DNA of 58,744 nucleotides, counting the filler, from Sphacelaria rigidula (lineage: Eukaryota): the NCBI GenBank assembly GCA_964200075.2. It is 4 parts of 4 records of this genome, joined end to end, with 100 filler letters (N's around TTAATTAATTAA, not from the genome) between each part and the next. Parts side by side here need not be neighbours in the genome. Positions count along the whole stretch, not along the records: positions 1 to 14,615 come from CAXNAA020002144.1; positions 14,716 to 29,326 come from CAXNAA020002145.1; 2 more parts are not named here. The stretch is one strand, 5' to 3'. Under the pieces are notes generated by a model, which was not told the DNA's origin, made no database searches, and saw only the letters and a program-made list of their open reading frames with translations. The position numbers and the translations under genes are program-made. Below, one piece after another: positions 12,035 to 23,703 of the stretch. The stretch's first letter is position 1; each line of letters starts with the position of its first letter.

Positions 12035-13330
12035 CTACAGGCTATCGCTACCGTGCGCTTGTGTGTTGTACATAGATGTATGTGTGTGAGTGTTGCCGGC
12101 ATCCGAGGTCATCGGGACATGCGCTCCGTGTCCGAAAATTTTCTCTCGGCAGATCATTGGCTGTACAGTATTTTTGTCCAGAGGCCCTTGTCGAAACCTC
12201 GGAGCTGTGCGAATCGGAGAAGTGGGCGAGACCCCTCTCGGTGGGGTGATGCAAAGTGTCCGAGACATGTGATGGCGATGTTCTCTGTGCTTTGCAGTTG
12301 CTTTCGAATTTTGGCACACATCGCGTTCTCTGCCCCGGACGGCGCTCCCAGACCGGCACCCAGCGGGCGCCCGAAGACTCCACCCATCAGACCCAAACGG
12401 TCCGGCAGGGATATCTTGTTGCTCGACCTAGAACCCGCAGCACCGCGCGGCATGATTGCTGCAACGTCGAGCAAGGAGAGAGTGCGGAACATGCTCGCCA
12501 CCTTCGAAGAGACATGCATCATAGCACCCAGGACCCCCTGCAACTCAGGTGGACTGAATGACTGTGCCGGCGGTTTGCCGGTGAGGAGCCACCACATACG
12601 CGACGCGGCATCCTGCCAAAGCTGCACACGATCCCGCACCTCGTATTTTCGTCGCTGCTCCACCTCAGCCCAAGCTGCAGCCTGGTTTGCCGCTGACTGC
12701 TGTCTACCCCACGGCTGCACGTTGGTCTACGTCCCGCCTCCACTCACGGGTCCCGAACCGGCAAGGTTTGCAGTCTGCAGATCCGTGTTGTCCGAACGAG
12801 CAGCGGGGGGCGCGGGTTGTGCTGCCGTTGAACCGATGTGGGAGGTGCTTGATCACCAGCCAGTCTCTGCAAATTCCCCGCGCGGCTCAGCGCGTACCCC
12901 TGGCGTACCTAGCCATACCATCGCTGGACGGGCCGGTGACCGCACGGACACATCGCAAGCGACGGTAGTGAGCGGCCTAGCCGCCTCTGTGCCAGGACCC
13001 CTGACCGCTGCGTGGGAAAAGTTACTGTCATCGGGGCGGCTGACGGATGCTACGGGTCTCGCCCTTGATGAAACTAACTGTTGGGCCACCTCCCTCAACG
13101 GACGAACCTCGTCTGTGGCCGAGGTCATCTTGGACCCCAAAGCCTCCACGCTCGTCCTGGTGCCCTCAAGGTTGTCGGCGATGGTGTCCACGCGGTCGCT
13201 AATGTGGCCCATATTTTCGGTGATGTCACCCATCTGGTTATCCAAAGTGTCGCTTTGTTGGATCATAGCCCGCGGTCTTCTGTTTACCATTGCCCCCCGC
13301 CCCCGCCGAAGCTCCTCCTGATGACGGCAT
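12035..13330 (-). pseudogene. Disrupted ORF of an unclassified repetitive element (coiled-coil N-terminus; gag/ORF1-like)
   Basis: ATG at 13330 (MPSSGGASAGAGGNGKQK). The frame then shifts into heptad-like DTLDNQMGDITENMGHISDRVDTIADNLEGTRTSVEALGSKM, followed by ...EVRDRVQLWQDAASRMWWLL...LGHFASPHREGSRPLLRFAQLRGFDKGLWTKI. GC-rich and intronless, with stops; a homologous fragment lies at 13840-13970 on the opposite strand. Confidence 0.55.
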
Positions 13331-13789
13331 GTTGGTCAGAGCCGTGAGAAGTGCGAATGAAAACTTTAGAAAACACTCGGGACGCAACAGCTACGGCAGC
13401 GATTCGAGATGTTGCAACTCGCAAATAGTCGCGACGCCCGTATCCCGTAACTCACACACCTCGGGCTTACTCCACAGCCCACCACTGTCGCTTAGTCGTG
13501 CTTGCACCTGCCCGTGTGTCTCGGCTGCTTCCCACACGCTGAGGCTCTGAACTGACTCATGCACTCGATCACATCACATCTGTTCCGAAATGAGTCAAAG
13601 ATACTTCAACCGTAATCCAGATCTGGAAAATGCCTACCCACTTCTGCACAAATGCTTGATTTTTTTCAAACACACAATCGAACATTTTGTGGCCAAAAAT
13701 TGTGTCAAATGTCTCAAGTGCAAAATACAAGGCCAGGAAATACGAATCGTAAGATACGGCGGCCTTTTGACGGTGTCTTTTTCGGGGGG

Positions 13790-14350
13790 GGGCGTATTTT
13801 CCGCTTTGAGACATTTGACACGGGTTTTGGCCCCCAAACGGGATATATCGCCATCACATGTCTTCGGACGCTTCGCATTACCCCACCGAGAGGAGTCTAG
13901 CCTACTTCTCAGATTCGCTTGCCTCCGAATTTTCGAGAATGACCTGTGGACAAAAATACGGCTGGAAAAAATGCGGTGTCTGATGAAGGGGGGCGGGGGT
14001 GTACTCATGATGTTGCACGCTGCAGTCATAGAGCTAACCATTGACCTCTCATTCCTACAAAGACGGGAAGGAGCACGCCCAGTTTTCGCCGGACCAGGCT
14101 CGCCATCAATCACCAAGCGCGAAGCGCCGTGATGTGTTCGGCAAGTCACACGAAGGGTGACCTCCATCTTGCCAAGATTGTCCGGCCTGAAGCGTACTGA
14201 TTACCTTGCAGTTGGATGGTAGCCTACAATGATTTGCTTCACTTTCTGGTATCGCCACTTTCAGAGACAGCGGCGGGTCCAACATTGGGTTACGGATGTC
14301 TCTCCACTCAAACACTGCGTAGTATGGTCATTTCCTGTGCGCGGACTTGA
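13790..14350 (+). mobile_element. Diverged fragment of the same unclassified element (family A)
   Basis: FGRFALPHREESSLLLRFACLRIFENDLWTKI is homologous to the 12154-12320 translation. The downstream part matches the reverse complement of 1900-2150, 15770-15965, 1-62 and 58695-58744. Confidence 0.7.
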
Positions 14351-14359
14351 GGTTCTTTC

Positions 14360-14590
14360 ACCCCGCAGAGTGTGATCTAGCCCGACCAGCATTTACTTAC
14401 GGTATCGCAAAAAAACGCAATCGTGCAAAAGAAACGGTAACAATCTGGTTGCCTAACTTACGAAGTGAGTTATGTGTTGTACACCGTCGTCGCCAACCGA
14501 CGCCAACCCCATGGGGGCGCCCGGGGGGGGGGGGGGGGGGGGGGGGGGGTCCTCACCTGTTGCTTGCCTTAGTGGTTTGACCATTGGGCG
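14360..14590. repeat. Dispersed repeat; inverted copies at about 15125-15290 and 21215-21250
   Basis: atctggttgcctaacttacgaagtgagt matches the reverse complement of cactcaccgcgtaagctgggcaaccagatt. tgttgcttgccttagtggtttgaccatt matches the reverse complement of 21216-21242. Confidence 0.6.
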
Positions 14591-14615
14591 GGGGGGGGGG
14601 GGGGGGGGGGGGGGG

Positions 14616-14715
14616 NNNNNNNNNNNNNNNNNNNNNNNNNNNNNNNNNNNNNNNNNNNNTTAATTAATTAANNNNNNNNNNNNNNNNNNNNNNNNNNNNN
14701 NNNNNNNNNNNNNNN
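14616..14715. other. Artificial scaffold linker (N44-TTAATTAATTAA-N44)
   Basis: 100 bp with a six-frame stop spacer; identical linkers at 29327-29426 and 44036-44135. Confidence 0.97.
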
Positions 14716-14880
14716 CCCTTTCCCTCGTCGACCATTCAGGCGAATTTTTGTGTACCCACGACATAGTCGCTCTCCACTGTTAGGCATGTTGTGAGAAAAA
14801 ATCCTGAATCGCTCCAGGAATTGAACTCCACTAGTCAATCGTCAGAAGGATACGAGGCTACCAACTGAGCCACCGGGGGT
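14716..14880 (-). mobile_element. tRNA-derived SINE, head portion (cut by scaffold start)
   Basis: Matches 18380-18540; A box TGGCTCAGTTGG and B box GAGTTCAATTCC on the minus strand. Confidence 0.75.
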
Positions 14881-15769
14881 TGAAATTTCAATTTTTCGGG
14901 CACGCATAGGCGTGAAATACCAAAAGAAAAATGTGCTCTCTGTTACCCCGTCTGTGTCTGTGGCTTCTTGGTGTCCAACAATTAACCGACAGAATCAGTT
15001 CGTCTTGTGTACGAAGCTTTACTACTAGCAACTGTTGCCTGTTGGGTACTGAGTATGTAAGCGCACCCCTTCCCTCTGCCTGTTCCGACGAAGACCCGTT
15101 GTGCTTTGTCCCGGCTTTTTAAGGGGCGGATCCCCCTATAGGGTTGGCGTTTGTGGGCGATGATGCGCTGTATGACACGCCACTCACCGCGTAAGCTGGG
15201 CAACCAGATTACGGATTTTTTCGCGCGCTTGCTTTTTTTTTTTGCGGTAACCACGATAATGGTCGAGCTCGACCATATCGGAGCCCATTTTCCCAAACAT
15301 CCATATTCCAACCCCAACATCAAGCCCTCGCAACAAGCATACTGTCGCCAGAAATTAATCAATACATTTTGTTCATTTCAATAATATCGATCCGTTATTA
15401 GTGTGATGACCTATATGCTACGTGATGTAGTATTGTGAGGGGTGGAAGAACCGTAACTCCGCGCAAAGGAACTGGAACGATTCATTCACTGATCGACCGC
15501 TTTTTATTCTCAATCGCATGCTCTACTCTCAATCTCACGAAAACATTGTTTCGTACATCCACGCATCTACATCCAAGGACACCGAGCAACCCTTGGTCAT
15601 TGCGCTCTTGGGGACAGTACAAGAGTCGTGCAGTGAGATGAAGCAAAGGGTGGCACAGTACTACCGTACACACGCAGTTGCAGACAGTGTAGTGGTGTAC
15701 CATGTTCGAACATCTAATTGCCCGAGAATGAAATTTGTCGCGATGAATTAAATGATGTAATCCACCAGT

Positions 15770-15965
15770 CGTTACGGCCAAACGATCTTGGCAGGATGCA
15801 GGTCATCCTTCATGCGACTCGCCAAGCACACCACGGCGCTTCGCGCTTGGTGGTTTTTTGGCGAGCCTGATCCGGCGAAAACCCGGCTTGCTCCGTCCCG
15901 GCTTTGTAGGGATGCGAGGTCAAAGGTCATCTGGCAATGGCATGCGAGATCATCGGTACACCTCC
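15770..15965 (-). mobile_element. Family A repeat fragment
   Basis: gatcttggcaggatgcaggtca...tccggcgaaaacccggcttgctccgtcccggctttgtagggatgcgaggtc matches 2015-2110. Confidence 0.7.
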
Positions 15966-18210
15966 CCCCTCCCCCCTCCCCCACTTCTCCTCTCTACGAT
16001 GGTGAGATACCCATGAGGCAAGGAAAGAAATCCCCCGGGGCATTGACGACAGGAAGCTTTCGCCGCAAAGTACTCTGAAATCAAAAGGTTGGTTATCGCG
16101 TTGAAAATCAAAAGAACAGTAACTCCCAGGTTAGATGATTGCTTTTGCTTATAGAAGAACCGAAAAGCCCTCGGGCAGAGTCCACGAGCTTTCCAAATCC
16201 AGTGTCAGTTCACCCGTCCCCCCCCTCCCTCGCCCTTCTCATGAGGAGTACGCGCCCGAGGGAAAAGCGAATAGGATTTGTTGGATGTTCGGGCATGAAG
16301 AGGCGAGGAAAGAGAGAAAAGAAAAAGAAAAGGAGAGACCACACATGTCCCCACCTGGGGACGAGACATTTGCCTTTGTTTTTGAAGTTCGGAACAACCA
16401 CCCCCACCCCGAGAAAAAGTGCACCTATGCGGTGTGTGATGAAATATGAAATATGTCTCACGACGCGTGCTAGTTGAGAGTACAACTGGAAGTGATGGTC
16501 ATGAAATACAGCATGTCTGAGATGAAGCAAAACCACTCTTGGGCAGCATGCAGGAACAACACAATGATTGACATTATAGCTATTACTGTCACGTCCTTGC
16601 AAAATAACATGTTCAGTTATTGGTCATACCGCAGCATTATGTTATTGTTTATCGGACCCGTGGGGTTGGAAACCGGCGATTGGAATAGAGCACTGTAACC
16701 ACCTTCGTTCGTCAACACAAACGTGCGTGTAAATCGACATGATGACGATACTGTGAAAGATATCAAAAACTGGATGAGGAAAAAATATGGAGAACATGAC
16801 TGCTTGAAACCCAGTTTTCATCCATGGATCATCCGTCTCACGACTCGACCGTTCACGCCCATGTGGCGGTTGCACATGAGAATGCCACACACTTGCCGGT
16901 CCTCTCGGCTCTGATTACAAGACATCTCTCGACGTGGAAGTGCGCAAAATGCCCTCAAATCGATCAGCTACCGCGTGCCTGGAGTTACGAGTGAAAAAGA
17001 CGGCATGTGCACCAGTCACGATGGTTGTGCTTCCACATGGAGAACTTGGAAGGTTTATGACGGACAACCACGAATATAGGGGAAGGAAGTGGAGATAACT
17101 GCCCCTCCTTGGATCGTGGTCGCCCTGTGTACTGTAGATGGCGGTATATATATTATGATCACCCACGGGTGACGAAGCTTGGAACGTCGATTTATTTATT
17201 CGCAAAAAATGATGTTACACTGTCGAACTGTTTCCTTTGACGGAAGATCCTGACAGTCTGTTACTTGGAGCTGTCACCCCTTGTTTTTGACGCATTGTGG
17301 AGCGGAGGGCTACACACACTGCGCTCCACGGTACATGAAATCTATCTGCTCCACCTGAAGTCTCGTCATTCATCTGGGTAAAATGTATCGTTCGGTTGTC
17401 GAGTACCGTGATGTACTTCGAGTTCCCCCCTCTGGAACCAGTTGATACGATACACCGCGAACAATGAATCGGTGGAAATGAAAATGGAGTTAAATTGAGG
17501 CAGTGGAAAAACGTGAAAGGCTCCGTCTTGGAGTATGAGGCTAGGTATATTTCATCAACACATATGTCTCATGAGTGTGGGTGGTCGTGACTGTACGCAC
17601 GGGCTGTTGGCGGTGTCCAAGCTCATGCCGTTCTTCGCCGCATTCTTGGGGCGTTTTTTGGGTCAAAATCCTTTGGTTTTCGTGCAAGGCTGCCAATTCC
17701 TGTAGGCAGCCGAACGGACGACGAACATTCAAAGCCCGAAATTGGCTTGTAGCCGCCACTATTTGGACACGAAGTCAAGGGAATGAAAAGTGCGGAAAAA
17801 CGGCGGATTATATTCAAAAACGCGAGAAGAGCTCTTGATACCGCTTTGTTATTTTCCAAGCTGCGTCACCTATGCCTCGGCGGAGCGTGTTTGAGTGATT
17901 ACTTGCTGCTTTGCACAGATGAAATCCGCGGAAAATAGCCAGATCCAAGGAAAATCATATCAAATGGGCAAAGTCGGTCCAAGTTGTACACACGTCGGGC
18001 AGATCATGACCCGTCTGAAATTTGCTCATCAGTAAACTGATTCAAATCATGATCCGGATCCTTTGGCCCCCCTTTTCCATGTTTTCCACCTACAGCGCCT
18101 GACGCTAAGCACGCCGAGTAGTGCAAAGGTTGCGCGTTGACTACCTGACTCCGCGGTCACATTTGCTGTGTTTTTGGACCAACGGACTCGAGAAAGCGTG
18201 TGTGTGTCGC

Positions 18211-18546
18211 CGTCCCATCCATTTTGGACGCCGGTCTACACCTTCCGGTATATGTGGGCGCACCAGCCGGGATCATACAGAAGGAAGGTCGACCCAGGAG
18301 CGTTTATTTTTTACTTTATCTGCCTACCTCCCTCCTGCGGTGCTAACCTTCCTCTCATCGCGAGAGGGGTTCAGCGGTCCCTTTTCCTCGTCGACCGTGA
18401 AGTCGAATATTGCGTACCCACGACATGGTCGCTGTCCATTGTTGGGCATGGTGTGAGAAAGAATCCCACATCGCTCCGAGATCTGAACTCACGACCCAAC
18501 CGTCGGGAGGTTCCGAGGTCACCAACTGAGCCACCGCGGCGACCGA
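18211..18546 (-). mobile_element. tRNA-derived SINE
   Basis: The minus-strand head has an A box (TGGCTCAGTTGG) and a B-box-like GAGTTCAGATC. The body gtatatgtgggcgcaccagccggg...gaaggtc recurs in 5 places in the window. Confidence 0.8.
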
Positions 18547-18807
18547 TCGAGAGTAACCTTTAATGAGCTGCTTCAGACAGATTGTGATCTATCAGACGTG
18601 TGATTCTTCGGTTCGGTGGGAAAAAATTTCTGTGTAGTATGTGTGTGTATCTTTGAAACGACACTACCCATATCATCCCAAATGCCAGCGTTAAGGTGAT
18701 ACGACCTGCTCCCCATAACGACCCAGAGAAGAGACCGAGTAGAAGAATGGCATTTCAATGAACAATATGGCTTTTTGTTCATCGATCGTTGGTTGTGTGT
18801 TGTGTGT

Positions 18808-19142
18808 TATCCCATTTATTCTGGACGTCAGTCTACACCTTTTGGTATATGTGGACGCACCAGCCGGGGTCACACAGGAGGAAGGCCAACACAGATTTTT
18901 TTTCTCTGTTTTATTTGTTTCATGGTGGTTCTCGACCTTCCTCCTACGGTGCTTGCCTCCATTTTTTTGTCGCGAGATGGGGTTAGCAGTCCCTTTCCAT
19001 CATCGCCTACAAGTGGAGACATTGTCGCTCTCCACTGTTGAGCATGTGTGAGAAAGAATCCCAGATGGCTCCGAGATTTGAACGCACGACCCAACCGCCG
19101 GGAGGTTACGAGGTTACCAAATGAGCCACCGGGGTGACTGGC
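18808..19142 (-). mobile_element. tRNA-derived SINE
   Basis: Second full copy of the same family (A box TGGCTCATTTGG, B box GCGTTCAAATC). Confidence 0.8.
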
Positions 19143-20686
19143 TGTTGGTGGGTCGCTACATTTTCAACTCCTTCGGTTTCAAGAGGTTTTCGGGGGCGAT
19201 GGATGTGATGCTCGGAAGTAGCTATTCGGTATCTGTGTGCCCTTCATTTTAGTTTTTTGCATTTCCCAAGGTCGGAAGCGATACGTAACAACTGGACAGT
19301 CCCCCCTCCCCCCTGATCACCTGTGTGATTCAATTGATCGAGTCATATTGTTACCGCGCCCTGGTGCTGTAGATAGTACACGTAGATATTTGAGGTTAGG
19401 TAGGAGGGATACGGGTTCGAATCCAGGCACTACTGTCGATGCGGTCATTTTGGAAGGAGCTTCTGATACCTGTACACCGGTCGGACAAAAGAGGTCATGA
19501 TTCCCATCCTCAACTTGACTGTTGATTCGTACACGAGTTCGGTTGTTACATGCTACATGCTCGTGATTCGAGCGACACACTGCGTTGAAAACATGTTGAC
19601 ATGCTCCCCATCTTTGGTACAACACCTATATCCCACCCATTGTCCCCAACCATCAATTAAGCCTTTCCCCCCTCCCTTGTAGTTTGTGCTGCATTAATCA
19701 AATGCACGGTTCCCCGGCCGTTTCTTTTGCCATAACCCTCCATTTTGCGCATATTCCGCTCCTGCGGTGCATCCGACACGACTCTCGAGTTCATTGTGAC
19801 AAACATAGCTTGTGGTGAATGATACATGTGTCATATGTTTCGAATATATTTATATTATAGTTGTCTGCAAGGGATGGGCGTGCTCGACCGTTCTAGGCAA
19901 GTCGATAAGCTTACCCTTCTACGGCCAGGGTGGGACATGTGTTCAGTGGGCATCGTGTTGACTTTGATTGATGAATAAAAGACCCAGGTGACCCACGCTT
20001 GCTGTCACGCGTTGACCATTTGACCGTTAAGGTCTGTCATTCGGTCACATCTACTTTCTGTGGTAAATGATGCCGGTTCGATGACCTGTCCCGGTAGCGA
20101 GATGGGTCGAGGCGCGATTTCAGAGAACGCCATTTAATTCATTCATTCACTCAGTTATTCACCCGTTCAGTAATTAATTTGTGGCACTTTGAACCCCTCT
20201 CCTTCCTCGGGACGAGTCCGTGGTCTCGAGATCAACCCATCTCTGCCCCGGTACCCATTGATACGTGGATTACGTGCTTGGATTGTTTGCACGAATAAAG
20301 TCGAACGATTTACACGGAATCGGAGGTTATTTCTCGCTTTCCACCAGTGAAGAAGACATCGATCACATATAGATATTCCCCACCTATGACTGAGGGCATG
20401 AATCAGGCTTACATATTTCTCACTTGTCATTTGTGTCATGAACAGTGATTCGTACATACTTTGTACTCTGAATTTGTGTAGCCATCCCTTACCCCGAGCT
20501 TGCGAGGCGAAAAGACTGAGTCTTCCAGGGTTTGGGGATACGTGGAGACAGGGTGTACAGTAACCGTACCTCTTGCAGAAGCGCCGAACACAATCTCCAA
20601 AACACGAAACCACACGATTATGTTCTTGGCGAAGCGTCTGTAAGCCTCACGATCCGCATCACACTGTCACTGCGCGCTCACTTCAG

Positions 20687-20773
20687 CACTTGAACAGTCT
20701 TTGGAGAGTCCAGTCGGGTGCGATGGCCTATGATAGTACTTCTTGGCTGCCACCAGCCGACGGTTTGGAAATG
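20687..20773 (+). CDS. Candidate orphan exon (HLNSLWRVQSGAMAYDSTSWLPPADGLEM)
   Basis: CTTCAG| acceptor and strong |GTATGT donor; 87 nt with only one open frame. No homology recognised. Confidence 0.3.
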
Positions 20774-21263
20774 GTATGTTCCATGTTTTGTTGCTGATTG
20801 CGTCGTGGGTGCACCAGGAGTGCCCCCCCTCCAAAAACAAAACCTCCAAGACCCGATCTCCCCCCCCCCCCCCCCCCTCCGAAAAAAAAACTCCAAGACC
20901 CCACATTAGCAAACTCTCGATAAGTAGCCATTTCGGGGCAGGTAGCGCCCATGATTGTTGGCCTTATCTGCCACCACAACATGCGACGCACATAGGGAGC
21001 AAATTGGCGGTGCAGATAGATGCCTTAAGCTTGATTAGGCAAGCATTGCGAAGCAGTGTGGTATTTGTCTGGTCTTGGTCTTATCGTGGAAGTGTGATGT
21101 GCGATGGATTGCCGAAACCCCATAAATATAACTTGGCCTTGGCTCCGGAGGTATGCGAAGAATTGAACCTTCATCAACACTATTTTTTCTCCTTTTGTAT
21201 GGGATTTCGGGGTCAATGGTCAAACGACTAAGGCAAGCAACAAATGAGTACGCCCCCCCTCCC

Positions 21264-21305
21264 CCCACTCCCACTCCCACTCCCACTCCCACTCCCACTC
21301 CCACC
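21264..21305. repeat. (CCCACT)n microsatellite
   Basis: Read directly from the sequence; it explains the WEWEWE/GVGVGV/PTPTPT ORF runs. Confidence 0.9.
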
Positions 21306-23631
21306 CACCCCCGAGAAACTCCAGGATTCCGAAAACGGGCATAGGGTCTCGGGGATGTTTTTGGGCACTGTCGGGTGCACCCCTAAGGACAAGGCAACGG
21401 TCGGCTGGTGACATGAAAATGCACGAGAGGCGTTTCGCGCGGGAAGATATCCCGCTTAGCCCCGTACATGACGTTGCTCTTCGTTGGTTTGCAACTCCTC
21501 CGCTGGCGTCGTGTGTGCGAAGTGTTCGTGCATGTATGATACCGCTTCTTGTCATGAAGGTTCACCAATTTGTAGGTTTTTATCATTTTCGTCGGGTTTC
21601 GAATCACTAAGGAGGAAATTGGGAGGGACACGTGAACGACAGCAGCAGTGGTCGAAGCCCTGTTTCGGGACGCGTGCTCGCTGTTTGCACTCTACGCTTG
21701 GGCTGAACGTTGCACTCATATTCTTGTGTTCAAGTTAGCAATTCGTAAATATGCATGAAAGTGTGACACACACTCGTCTCACGCTCGAAGTTGAAGTACC
21801 CTTAACCCTGCTGTCAACTTGTGGGGGAAGAAGCAAAATAGCGTATGTACCCGCCAAGTCTCTGACGAATTGTACTATGAGTAGCATCCGCTAACTCGAG
21901 TATCCCCGTTATCGCAGATGGTGAGCATGTGTGGGCAATCGTTTGATGAAGTTACGACGCCGCCCCCGAACAGACCCCAGCCACCCTGTTACAAGCAACA
22001 GTTATATTTGGTTGGTTAGATTGAGTGTGGCACATCTAGGGATCCCCAAGGGATGCAGTCGTCACAACATGGCTGTACACAAGGTGAACAAATCGGAACA
22101 TTTCCTGAAGGAACCTGGAAGTGGGAAATATATGTTACAGTGAACTGAAATAAAAATGAAAGGAGAAAAACAGTCGGTCCCGATGAACGTTGGTCATAAA
22201 GGAAGCAAGAAATGACCGGCCCATAAAGCGTTGCTTCATGTGTATCGGGCCGTGCGCAAAAGGCCTAACGATATAGGCTGGGCCGGCCACAAAGAAACGT
22301 TTTATTCCAGATGGTGACATGGTTTCAACATCCCCGAGTTGAGGCAAGCTGGGCATATTGTTGTAATCGACGGATCAAAGCGGTCGCATTTACACTTGGA
22401 GACTGTAGTTTTGGAACCGTGGAACTCACGTCTTTCTTCTTGGCACATTCATATTATGGGGTTCCGTATCGGCTCTCTTGAAATCTCGATCAGGAGCCAC
22501 TACTGGGTCAAATTCGACCAAACTTTCTGAGCGTGCACCTTCTGTTGCAACAACGAAGCGGTAAAGGTGTTACCCTGTTAGCCATGATCCTTCGAACGTC
22601 TTACCGTCAAAATGATATCAAATTCTCATGATCGTTTGTTTGCATGCGGATTGGCTCCAAAGGAGTATCGGCTGCAAGTATCGCCACGGGGCGCCAATCT
22701 GTTGGAGAGCTAGTACCTGTACGTTTGACACGTGATCGACGAGGTCATTCGCGACGACACATTGTCTCGAAACCGTGAGTTTGGCTTCGTTGAGATGCGA
22801 CGAATCATGATGACGAATTCGAGTGATCGGTCGTTTTTCGACGGATCGAAGCAACTCAGGGTTTCAAGCCAAGAATCGGAAAGTAAGTTGCCTACGACGC
22901 TTCGAATATTGAGGTTTCAAGTCGAGAGGGTCGGCTCCGCGTGACGATGTCGGCGAATACCCAAGCTCTAGCCCGGCTCATCTTTGTACATGAGAAAAAA
23001 CAATAGCCCGTTGGAGCAGACTGCGGCTCCGCTATCCTAGAGTCGTACTATTTGGGCACGAGGTCTCACCCACCATTCCCACGGAAGCGGAGCACAAACA
23101 CTGCTGGAGTGCAACATGGAGATATATAAAGAACGTAAAACTGGGCGCACGAAAGATTGAAGAACTGTGCTAAACTATATTCGGAGAGTGCAGCAAGTCT
23201 TTCCGAGGCGCGTGTGGATAACATCTTATGAACGTGTTTGATCATCCTCACTAGGCTCCCTTGGCGGAACTGTTCGATATTGAAATATGTTGGGGCGGGC
23301 GAAAGGATTTGAGTCCCGGCAGACACCTTTCTTGGTGAAAATGTGTATGGTTTGTGCCGTTGAGAACAGGACGCGAGTAACGAAAACAAGTTTGCCGTTG
23401 AGAGTCGATCCAATGCGAGAGTGGTGATGGTCATAATCCCATCCGCGATACCAAAGTGTCAGGTACACACCAGATAGACAGCACTGCTGATATTATGATA
23501 CACTAGCGTAATAAAGGGACATACCTGACCCGCGCGCAAGAACTGATGGCTGCTGTTATGATGTCTGTTGAGGGATAATTAACGGTGCGTTTGCCTTGGT
23601 CCCTTTTGCATGATGTCTTTTCTTCGCTCAG

Positions 23632-23703
23632 GCGCCATCCCCTCTGACCTCGGTCCTCTAGGTCGTCTTCGAACACTGCAGCTGGACGGAAACGAACTGT
23701 CAG
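23632..23703 (+). CDS. Single leucine-rich-repeat exon (72 nt, phase 1-1, plant-specific-type LRR)
   Basis: Pyrimidine tract and CTCAG| acceptor. Translates (G)AIPSDLGPLGRLRTLQLDGNELS(G), matching GxIPxxLGxLxxLxxLxLxxNxLxG. The donor is |GCAAGT (GC-AG type). Confidence 0.85.

Noticed and set aside
12053..13321. 422-aa plus-strand ORF
   Set aside because: Antisense shadow of the GC-rich minus-strand element ORF; the conserved peptide reads on the other strand.
14660..14671. TTAATTAATTAA as a biological palindrome or piggyBac site
   Set aside because: It is embedded in fixed-length N runs three times; an artificial six-frame-stop linker.
19363..19432. tRNA gene
   Set aside because: It has a B box and a partial acceptor stem but no credible D arm or anticodon arm; treated as a remnant.
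22200..22530. MULE transposase remnant (KRCFMCIGPCAKG...IVVIDG)
   Set aside because: The motif resemblance is short and split across frames; not supportable without a search.
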